Shown piece by piece: positions 48,709 to 58,707 of a stretch of DNA of 64,000 nt (positions are counted from its first letter, which is position 1; every line of letters begins with the position of its first letter). The stretch covers positions 682,001 through 746,000 of the forward strand of contig CP110439.1 in NCBI GenBank assembly GCA_026914245.1, given 5' to 3'. The notes beneath the pieces were generated by a model, which did not search any database, was not told the DNA's origin, and worked only from the letters and a program-made list of their open reading frames with translations. The position numbers and the translations under genes are program-made. The stretch comes from Puccinia triticina (taxonomy: Eukaryota).

Positions 48709-48891
48709 TGTTGTGACACGACAGGCTAGGGTGACTCTGAATGGTGATGAAATGACAACAACGGCATCCAGGATCTGATCCTGGATGCTGAATATCCCGC
48801 TACTGCGGCGAGGTTGAGTATGCGTAGCCCCTTGGGCTACAACACAGAAGCCCTAGAGGGACACGCATCCGGCCACCGTTTTGAAAAATAA

Positions 48892-49275
48892 GGCCCCGTT
48901 TGGAGCCAATATAAATATAGGTGATATAATCATTGGTTAATTCAATGAAAACTACAAAATTCAACATAAAGCCTCCAAATATTTTTTCTAGGCAACCTAC
49001 AACATTGGTCTCTTCAATTATGAAGTCAGATTCAACTGATTCAGCCATATTCAGTACTGTAGTACCATTATATTGCTTTTGACCAAAACAAAGCAATATA
49101 ATGGTATTATGGTGCTGAAGATGGCTGAATTAGTTAAATCTGACTTCATAGTTGATGAGACCAGTACTGTAGGTTTCCAATAAAAAAAATGGATTCTTTA
49201 TGTTGAGTTTTGTATTTTTTATTGAATTTACAAATGATTATATCACCTATATTTATATTGGCTCCAAACGGGGCC
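48892..49275. mobile_element. Tourist-like MITE (384 bp) inside the host element's left TIR
   Basis: GGCCCCGTTTGGAGCCAATATAAATATAGGTGATATAATCATT arms inverted; flanks TAA/TAG. Confidence 0.85.
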
Positions 49276-49829
49276 TAGAAAAATGTGATTTCACAAAACA
49301 CAGATGCATGAAATGTGTACCAAATGACCTTCCAACTCCGGGTTTCCATGAAAAAAGAAGTTGGATTCTTGAATTGGCTTCCTTCTAAACATAGCGTTCC
49401 AAAGAACCGTTACTGTTTCTCAAACATGCAAAGGCATTTTTTCTCCAAAAAAAGCATCTTCAAATATTTTTTTCTCAAGCTCTTGCATGAAAAAATGAGC
49501 TCTAAGATGAGCAGGAAACACTGCGCTGGGGCAGGCCTCAATAGCAAGCCGGCGGCAACATCTGGTCATCCTGACCCGGGTGAGCCTTGGCATGACAGCT
49601 TCCGGGTTGATTTGACAGCTGCAGCCATCACAATCAGATGTGTTGGAGCAACTCTCACCCACCTTACAGCATAATGTGCGGACAAGTGATTGGGCGGCTA
49701 ACAGTCAGCCCAAGGTGGGTCAAGCCACCAAGTGGCCGCCGGGGAACAGACCGGCAGACCTTTGGCGAATTGACCAATGTCAGTCTGCTGCACCTGCTGT
49801 TGTCAAGAGGTACATACGGCGGACTGAAC

Positions 49830-50831
49830 TAGGGATGGCAAAAGGGTACCCGGCACCCGTGGGCGGGTACCCGCCTGCACTGACAGGTTCCCGCAGACAG
49901 GTAGCGGGTGTGCGTGCAGGTGTCCAGTTTGTGTGAAATTTGAGGCAGGTACCCGCACCCGTGTTAGGCTAGCCTAACTAAGCCCCTCAAACAGAGGGGG
50001 GGGGGGGCACGTTCCAAAGGGACTCTCTGTAGGAGAGGCTTATGACTTATGTCATACTTTTTGCCTGAGAGTTTGGGGCTTTTGTGGCTTTTTATGCCCT
50101 TTTTTCCTTTCGTCCTCCACACAGCAAAAACTGACAAGCCTCTGCTGAAGCCCTGAAGGGTCAATATAGCTGACCATCTTGGCTTCATATCCATTTCCTC
50201 ATAATGAGGATTGGATGCATGAGCTGGATTGGCCGAGGCATATTGACCAGAGCTTGGAGAGCTTGGATCTTGTGGAATTGAATTGAATGAGCATACTGTT
50301 TTCCGAGGTCAGTTCAATCCACACATGTTATACAGCCCAGAATACCCCAAAAACCATAAGTTTGGAGGGTCATGGGAGGAGAACGCTTGGACTTCCAGAG
50401 ACGTGTGTAGCGGCAAAAGATAGGGAAGAGTGAGACAAGTTTCATGATCCAAAGGGCATGCCTGGGGCCCTTTGGGAACAGGGTCAAAATTTGAATGGCA
50501 CAAAACACCCACCAAAAGGCCTCAAACCCTCAGGCCAAAAAGTGGACATTAGTCCCAAGTCCCTCCTTCGGAGGTCGCGCTTTGCGCCAGCCCAGGCTGT
50601 ACCAGGGCCCTCCGCAGTGGGGGACTTGTGTTAGGTACCTGCAGTCAAAATGCCTCCCATACAGGCTAGGGATGGCCCTGGTTAATAGTTGGTGGGTACC
50701 CGCCTACAGGCGCCGGGTACCTGTCTGTTGTTGCAGGTACCCGCCGGCAGGTGTGGGTGTCAAGAATTAGTGAAGTTTTGGGGGGGTACCCGCACCCGCA
50801 ACAGGTACCCGGGTGCCATATGCCATCCCTA
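49830..50831. mobile_element. Non-autonomous hAT element
   Basis: TIR TAGGGATGGCA / TGCCATCCCTA; perfect 8-bp TSD GACTGAAC; GGTACCCG subterminal repeats. Confidence 0.92.
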
Positions 50832-51743
50832 GACTGAACGTGCTGCCCTGAATTTGCACGGCAGCTCAATCACAGGGTGGCTGCTGTTGTTGGGTTGTTG
50901 GTCCAAGGCGGAGGGAGCCCAAAGTGCTTCTATGGTGTAGACAGAGAAAGAGAGAGAGGCATACCTAATACCTACCCAATCAACCAGCTTCTTTGATCAG
51001 CTTTGTCTGAAATTATCAAGACAGGTCTCCACTTAACTTGGAATCAGCCCTTTTGGTTGGTGGTTGGATGGTGCAAAATAACAGTTTTTCCACATGTTAA
51101 AAGATGTATTTTGACGGAAACAAGAATACAACTTCTTGTTTCATGGAATCCCAAAGTTGGAAGGTTTAACATGTGGTACACGTTTCATGCACGTGTATTT
51201 TGTGAAATAGCATTTTTTGATTTTTCCAAACAGTGGCCGGATGCGTGTCCCTCTAGGGCTTCCGTAACGGGGGGTTTCAACTACATAACACAAGGCAAGA
51301 CAAGGGAAAAAAAAAACTATTATAGCTTCTCCTGCTTATTGTCAGTGTCAGGAATCACCAGCCATTTTTTGTACCATCGCGCCCGGTGAAAAACTCATAT
51401 CATCCTGACTTGGTAGAGATCAATTTAAGGTATGTCAGGGTGTCCAAGGGTAACTGTAAATTCATACTTGTAGGATTAAAGTAGCTCATACTAATAGCTT
51501 TACACTTGGATTCCACAATTCAAAAACCTCACCACGATATTAATCACTTTCTTACTACACGACCCGCAGCCCGAGTCTTGTCATCCACCTCACGAAGTTT
51601 GTCACACCTGATCACAAAGTTTATCAGTTCTATTCCCTCAAATCCCATCTTAGGCGCTAACCAATTAAATGTATGCATTCATATCAGCATCTTTCCGCGA
51701 CATAGTTTGATCCCAAGACTACCTCGAAATAAGAGACACGAAG

Positions 51744-52415
51744 ATGAGAAAAAACGTACTCTTCCTTCTTTCAAAATGGCTTGTGTTTCTCGTTTCAAAG
51801 AGCAAGGGTGTTCCGGCCATGGTAGGAATGGGCTCTACGGATTGCGATGCGTTCGGACCGTCGGGAATAGACAACATAGATTGGGATCTGCTCGGAGGAT
51901 TTCATGATTATATCTCTGGTTCCACAAGCCCCGGTCAATTGAGCCAGGGTGGTGATCGCTCCGGAAGTTCACTTCGAGATGTCAAAGCGGGTGATCCTTC
52001 GACATGCTGGGTCACACTCATGTCTGGTGAATATGAGAAGCTCACGCACGGTGTCCCTCACGCCATCCAAATCGGCAGCGACAGAGGGAGGAGTGTAACC
52101 GATCCAGCAAAAAATATCGACTTTCATTTGTTCAAGAGCGGTCAGTGGAAAGCTACCCAAGGGTCGAGATACTTCACTATCCGCAACAATTCGCCCACTC
52201 ATTCAGTCGCCTATACCCTATATCATCCTGATACTCGTGAATTCCTTCCAGAAAGACAACTCAATCCCCGCGGTCAGAAAGTTGTCGCGATCAATTTTGA
52301 TGAGGGAAAAATACTAGTAAATGTCAAGCAGGGTCACCAGGTGATTTGGCTCGGACCAGCTGATGCGGCCGGAGGCATTGTGGAAAGGCGAGCTTGGCTG
52401 ATACGTCAAACGTGA
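51744..52415 (+). CDS. Hypothetical protein, possibly secreted (223 aa, single ORF)
   Basis: ATG-initiated open frame; moderately hydrophobic N-terminus (VLFLLSKWLVFLVS); retains CpG unlike the flanking TEs; no recognised domain. Confidence 0.6.
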   Translation: MRKNVLFLLSKWLVFLVSKSKGVPAMVGMGSTDCDAFGPSGIDNIDWDLLGGFHDYISGSTSPGQLSQGGDRSGSSLRDVKAGDPSTCWVTLMSGEYEKLTHGVPHAIQIGSDRGRSVTDPAKNIDFHLFKSGQWKATQGSRYFTIRNNSPTHSVAYTLYHPDTREFLPERQLNPRGQKVVAINFDEGKILVNVKQGHQVIWLGPADAAGGIVERRAWLIRQT

Positions 52416-52766
52416 TCCAGGATCGGGTGGAAACTTGAATACTGAAGGAAGCCAGAAGGATCACTTACAAAATTTCTCAATTATTCACGTGCACATCATA
52501 CAACACTGTACAACTTTGTTTCTCAAAAACTTGGACCAGTTGCTCTTTTTTCAAGGTTTTTGTGTAACAAGTTGACAACCATACAGAGATCAATGTTAAA
52601 TTGATCATCATACAAAATTTGAGCTGGATCACCTCAACATCCAAAATTCACATATGTGTAAGATGCCCCACTAGTGGTCCATACTACTTTTCACCTTGGA
52701 AATTCCAATAGCCATCGCATTTGATTATGCCTCAACTGCTCCAGTTTTCCCAAACTTCAATGTTTG

Positions 52767-53065
52767 TGTAAGAGCCCTATAAGGGGAGCTCTTCACTGAT
52801 AAGGACAAGGGCGCTGAGACAGAGTCTTGAAGTTCTAGTACCCAATGTTGTATTGCAAAGGGGCGGAAGGCTAGCAGGGGAGAGATCAGTATCTCTCTAT
52901 ACAATCAGGAAAAGGAAAACAGAGAGAGAGAAGAAGAGAAACATACCTAGCAGGGGAGAGATCAGTATCTCTATCAAGCTAGGTGGGAGCCGGAGGACAT
53001 GGAACTATATGGGTCCCACTTGGGACTCTGTGAAATCTTTGTGACACCCCAAGAGGGGGCTCACA
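52767..53065. mobile_element. Solo LTR (299 bp)
   Basis: TGTAAGAG...GCTCACA; colinear with 55455-55761 (duplicated GAGAGATCAGTATCTCT motif); flanks GTTTG/GTTCA. Confidence 0.8.
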
Positions 53066-53419
53066 GTTCATCCCCTCATCCCCAGGCCAAAAATGCAAGG
53101 GTGATCACCAAAAATCTTGTGTTCCCTCACTTGATCATGACCAACAATGGCAGTGAATTTATCAGTTGCATTTTCAAGCGATTCATACCTAAAAGATGGT
53201 GGGATTTTCCTACATTACATCAATCAACCGCTGAATTAATCACATTGTTTCCAATGCCACATCAGACAAAACAGTTTTTTTTGTTCTTGAATGTTTCAGG
53301 TTATATTTGCAGTATTCACAGAGGGGATTTGATCAGTGAGTTAAATGTATTTTCAGTAAGCCACTAATTGAAAAGTGCAATTCAATCCAAATTTAACTGT
53401 CTGTCAGATCAAAGTATAG

Positions 53420-55065
53420 AATCTAAAGTGATACCTGTTGGGGGGTACCCAGCACTTTACCTCTTGCACCTCCAGGGCACCTGTGTGGTGCAGTGTGAGG
53501 TATCAGCTTTTGGAAAAAGAATCTGTGTGCCACACCAGTACCACCCACAAGTACCACCCCAGCCATGAAGACTGCACATTCTCCATGGCTAGAAAAAATT
53601 GGCAATGAGGATTTAGCAGCCTCAATGGCTGAGGGGATTTCTACCCAGCCATTGAGACGGACAAGTCCAGATGGTGAGAAGTTCTTTTCAATTGAGATGG
53701 GCAGGATGAATCATCTTGGCCATTGAGATTGAGTCTGTATGGTCTAGTATTACATTCCAGAAAGGGTTGCAGAGCAACTATGGCAAGGCTGGTGAAAGGG
53801 AGAAGAACTGTCTGAACTGACACCAGGGGGGGGGGGGTATCCGTGGCACTTCCTACAGAGTGCTATACCGTAATTCCATCAGACCAGGGTACTGATGTGA
53901 TGTGTCTATTTATCATGAAAAACAATGGGTAGTTATGTTCTGGATAACAGTAGTGTAACGGTAATGTAACAGTTTTTTAGCCATTATTGTTATAGTTACT
54001 GTAACAGCAGTGTGTTATGTTACCACTGCAATGTAACAGAAAATTATTGATTTTTGTTACTTTATTGGTGCCCGCAGAGTGCCAGATAAATGATAAATTT
54101 TGGGGTGGAAAGAGCCTATTTTGGCCTGTTGGTACAGGTGCAGGTGTCCATTCTGGGTCAAAATTCAGGTTATAGGTGCCCACACCTGCCATGGGTACCC
54201 GGGTGCAAAGTTTCAGCTCTAGTGGGAGGTCTGATTTTGCTCTGGTACTACAATTTGACTTTGGCGCTGTGGGGCCAACTTTCACAAAACCATGTAACCT
54301 GTGCGGGTTTCTGTGACACATAGAACATCACGCAGCCATATTGTGCCAAGATGAGTGCCCCGCAAATCCGATCCCAGGGGCATTAAACTAGCTGATTCCT
54401 TTAACAATTGTATCTGATTTTCATCCATCAGTACAGAAATCCTTTCAAGGATATTTTCTGAATTAACTCACAAACCCTGGGTAATCTGAGGCTCCCCTGG
54501 ACTTGTCCCAGAACTCTAACTCCGTTGGGACAAAATTCAGCAGCTGAAGAATGTGTCACACAAATTTACACATGTGTGCTGGTGTGTCACATTTTTCATC
54601 ACTGAGCCAAGTGATGCCAACCTGAGTGCTCATGCAGAGCCAGAGGCTTAGGTGGACCCTTCAAAAATTGTTTATAACTTTCAGCCATATGTACACAAAT
54701 TATTTTGGGGATATTTTCTGAAGTCATACAAAACTCCTGATTAATATGAGGTTTTTTCCGCTTGACTTTTCCCAGAACTTCAAATATTTTGTGGAAAAAA
54801 ATCAGCAACTAAAGAATGTGTCACACAAACTTACACATTTATCTTTTTGTATACCACTAAAATATCTTGAGCTTTTTGGGATTTATGATAAAAACATGAT
54901 AGAATGAAATATATAGAGCTGGCACTTTGCACCCGGGTCCCCGCAGCGGGTGCAGGTACCTTGATGAATTTTGACCCAGAATGGCCACCTGCACCTGCTG
55001 GCTGTTACCTGCGTACTTCCATGGGTACCCACCCACAGGTACCTAGTAGCCGCCAATGGGCACTA
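53420..55065. repeat. Degenerate DNA-transposon fragments rich in GGTACC motifs (hAT-like)
   Basis: 54133-54221 is an inverted match to 54915-55000 (TAGAGCTG end); direct repeat gaatgtgtcacacaaa near 54549 and 54813; no TSD resolved. Confidence 0.45.
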
Positions 55066-55454
55066 GGGGCAAGCAGAGCCAGATAAGAAAAATAGGGTTG
55101 GCCTAAAGGCACACCAAAATATTACTTGAAGCACACCATTTCTTTGGCATGTGGGGGTGGGTGCACCAAGAGAGTTTGTGTAAATCGTCCAACAACACCA
55201 ATTTATTGGTGAGCCAGGCCAAGTACACCAATTATATTTATGGCATACGGGTCCTTGCACACCAATTTTGCAGGAAAAATTGGTGTTCCAGCTTCAGGAA
55301 ACCAAAAAGTAGGGTGTAGAAAATCAGCACACCCCTTTGGGTGTTGTGGAACTCCTAAAATATCAGGAAAGAGCTGTGAGGGGAAATAGTCAACTACACT
55401 ACTAATAATGTAGAACAGGCTACATGTGCTGGTGAGGCTGCCCTCTTGACTAAT

Positions 55455-55761
55455 TGTAAGAGTCCCATTTGGAATCTTCACTAAAGACTTGCAAAGGTGC
55501 TGAGAAACCTGTCTTGATAGTTTCTAGTGCCCAACTGTGATTTATTTCAAAGGGGGAAGGAGCTAGCAATGAGAGATCAGTATCTCTCATTATCTACAAC
55601 TGGGGGAAAAGGGAATAATGAGAGGAAAGAAAGAGAGTACATACATAGCAATGAGAGATCAGTATCTCTGAAGAGCTAGGTAGGTGAGGAGGAGCCGGGA
55701 CTATATGGGTCCTTCTCTGTGTCTTGTGATATTTGTGTGACACCTTGGGAGGGGTCTCACA
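55455..55761. mobile_element. Solo LTR (307 bp)
   Basis: TGTAAGAG...GTCTCACA with perfect 5-bp TSD CTAAT. Confidence 0.9.
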
Positions 55762-56492
55762 CTAATGCTGGTGGAAAGATGGGTAACGTCAAGGCTCTGA
55801 GGTAAAAGTTAAAGAGATATGTGCAGGGAGATATATTTCTAGGGTGATGAAAGTGTATCCAAGTGAGGTGTAAAAGGTTTGCTACAAAGTGTATGTGGGG
55901 GAAGGTGCATACAGAGTGTAGTGGGTGAAAGTCCATGATGGGGATACAACATCTAGAGGTGTTTATATATATGATAGGTACCACAGGGGGGTAATACATG
56001 ATGAGCACATAGTAACAATATCTGAAGATGAGCAGTAATGATGAAGGTACAATGACCAAAGAGTGTATATGAAATGTAACTATGTAGAAGATGAAATAAT
56101 GATGAGCAGAAGTAACAGACATAAGGTCCAAGAAATGTACATAATGAAGATGAGAATTTGGTAATAGCTATAAGAACTATGAATAAATGTATTGCTGATA
56201 TCATATGAAGGGAAAAATGTGTCATGAAGCTATGTGTAATCTACAGTCCTATGTAGCTATGATACTAATGAATGATGTATGTAATAATGCTAAGGATAAT
56301 ATATATGAAGAAAATACCTTCCAAAACTGTGAATGCCAATAACTGCTGATCCATTTGGAAATCCTAGGTGAAATGAGTGAGTGACTAGGGGTAAAATGGG
56401 GTGTAGAATCTGAATATGAAGTAATAAAGGGATATTTGGAAGGTTTTATGTGATATGAAAGTGGTGGTATGAACAGGAACAGGGTTACCACA
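55762..56492 (-). repeat. Old LTR-like sequence (starts TGTGGTA on the minus strand), probably interrupted by the 55455 solo LTR
   Basis: Same start and a shared motif as 5560-6745; nearly CpG-free; other end not located. Confidence 0.45.
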
Positions 56493-57058
56493 GTGTGAGG
56501 ATTTGTTGCACATCCAATAAAATGGTGTGCTTGCACCATTTCACTCCCCATCTTTCTCTTGGCAAGCTGGTAAAAATCCAGCTCCTGGAAATATGGTGGA
56601 TACCTTGGAATGACACTCCTTTGGCTAGCTTGCCAGGAGGAATATTTACCTATTGGCAAGCTAGACCTTTGACCAGCTCACTGAGGGTGTTTTTCCCAGA
56701 AAGCTGGTCAAATTCCATATTTTCAAGAGGCATGTATTACTCTTGGCAAACTGGATTTGTACCAGCTTGCCAGGAGGTATGCATTTCTTTTGGCAAGCTT
56801 GCCGGGAAAACCACCCATGGTGAGCCGGTCACAGGTCTAGCTGGCCTAGAGCTCTTCAGGCAAAGAACTACATAGCACCTCTCCGGCTTGCTGAGAGTTC
56901 TCAATGAGCTATATTTTTACCAGCACACTGGCATTGGCGTGCTAGGCCTGGGGACCCCAGAAATGTTGCAGGAATTCCCACACCACACTTTAGTCAAGCT
57001 GCACACCAGTCAAATATGGCATGCCCACCCTAAGCTGAACTTAGCACAAGTCCCTTGC

Positions 57059-57260
57059 TGTTATGGTCTGCTCTGTGGAGAGGAAGATGGAGTCTTGGGT
57101 CTGGGGTTCTGAGTTTTCTGGATCCAAGATGTTAGATTGCAGGATGAGGAAGAGGCTTGGATCTCCAGGCTCTCAAACCTTGAGCATGGTTCGTGACATG
57201 TACGTGTAGTCTATGTACATGCGAGTCTGCGCTGCAGAGCCCGTGCTACGGCTCATAACA
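57059..57260. mobile_element. Solo LTR (202 bp)
   Basis: TGTTATG...CATAACA inverted termini; perfect 5-bp TSD CTTGC. Confidence 0.88.
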
Positions 57261-57992
57261 CTTGCCTGCCGGGGGGCGCAGCTCAAAGCGCCTTGAACTT
57301 AAGTGCAACCTCCAATCAGGGATGGACTTGCATGGAATCCCTCATTCCTGGTGTGAGAGCCCCACGTACAGCTCTTTGTTTTTGCAGATGGCCAACTTTG
57401 TGCCCCCAAAAACTCCACTTCCCAAGGGACTGAGTCCCTCCCTGGATACTAAAGAAAGGTCTGCTTCTCTTTAATTTGGTGGCAGTCACAGGCTGATAGC
57501 ACTTGGTTCATGGCCTGGAGAGCAGTTTGAAAAAGGTGTCTTTTTGAGATGCATTCCTGCCAATGTAAGCATGAATGCAGTATTCCACTGCCTTTCAATA
57601 GATTGAAACAGCTTTTGATACAAAGCCACATTTATTTATGTATTTACAAGAAAATTCACTCTCAATATAGTCTGCTTTTCTCGGTGTTTGAAAACTAGAA
57701 ACACATGAGGATCAGGCCTTATATTGGCAGCTACAAGGCCTAAATTGCATCAGAAGAAGCTCGCTCCCAAGCACTTCTCAAGTCCAGAGGCCTCAGTGGG
57801 CTGATGGTTGATTTAAAAGAAAGGAAAAAAGTGAAAAAAGCCTGATACAGGCTGGTATTCCTGGGGCTCTCAGGCCAGATACAGGTTTTTGCAGGTAAGC
57901 CTCTCTGTGAGACAGAGACCCTGCGGGGCTGCGGTGCTGCCTCACTCTCTAAGCACGGATAAATTTAGGAGTCACAACTCCCAAATAATTTT

Positions 57993-58213
57993 GGCCCTGT
58001 TTGGCAGTGTCATATTACGCCGCGTAATGTTCAAAATGCAATACCATTACATATTGTAAAAAAAAAAAATTACAATAGTCTTTTGAAAGTAAGCTTTCAT
58101 AAAGCTTGATAATTTACTTCCAAAAGATCAGGCCCAAAAATGATGTTTTACATAATGTAAAGGGGCATGCCCCAATTATTTATTGCGTAATAATGACGCT
58201 GCCAAACAGGGCC
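57993..58213. mobile_element. Tourist-like MITE (221 bp)
   Basis: GGCCCTGTTTGGCAG / CTGCCAAACAGGGCC TIR; TSD imperfect (TTT/TTC). Confidence 0.7.
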
Positions 58214-58707
58214 TTCCATTTTTGGTCGACGACTCGCAAAAAGAGCGTACCCCAAAAAGAGGGGCGGGTCAACGTCGAGTGGCTGGTCGAGAACCGGTCC
58301 GCGCGACGTAAGCGACTTTTGGGAGTTGTTTTCCCAATTCTTGGGAGTTGTTTTTCCAAGCCTCATGAAATGTATGTAAATATCTCTGATCTTTCTTGCT
58401 TCTTGCTTAACTCCCACAACCCTCTCTACTTACTTCTCTAGATGGTATTGGACAAGATGATGTATGATTTTTTATTCAAGGCACAAAACAAAACAAGCAG
58501 AGGATTTCAAAATATCGAATACTTTGAAGCATTTGGAATTAAGGGCTAAATATAAGTAAGCGTAAATCAAGAACAAGTTACAAGTCAGAAAAGCAAGAAA
58601 ATCAAGGGTTTGCTGGTTGGAAGTCGGATCACAATAAATAAATAAAAAAAAAAAATTGGCTGCTCGCGGGAGTTTGACGTTTAAGGTTGAAGGAGGAATA
58701 AGAGGTG

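Larger units (their letters stand above)
42710..48844 (-). mobile_element. Full-length Ty1/copia LTR retrotransposon (6135 bp)
   Basis: Identical 136-bp LTRs (42710-42845, 48709-48844) with TG..CA ends; TSD CAGAA; PPT at 42846-42857; PBS GGTTATGAGCCCT at 48696-48708. Confidence 0.97.
48845..51264. mobile_element. Non-autonomous long-TIR element with TA target (Tc1/mariner-like), hosting nested insertions
   Basis: C(A/G)GAAGCCCTAGAGGGACACGCATCCGGCCAC termini; arm similarity continues ~150 bp once the MITE is removed; TA at 42703-04 (after removing the copia) and at 51265-66. Confidence 0.82.

Noticed and set aside
52767..56492. One large two-LTR retroelement
   Set aside because: The 55455-55761 LTR has its own perfect TSD, the two LTRs are diverged, and no pol remnant lies between them; they are independent solo LTRs.
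57250..57260. Second half-tRNAiMet PBS (GGCTCATAAC)
   Set aside because: It is the terminus of a solo LTR bounded by the CTTGC TSD, not internal to an element.
56890..57460. Possible decayed gag-like Cys/His coding remnant around the 57059 solo LTR
   Set aside because: Multiple stops in the frames examined and no motif I can identify with confidence.
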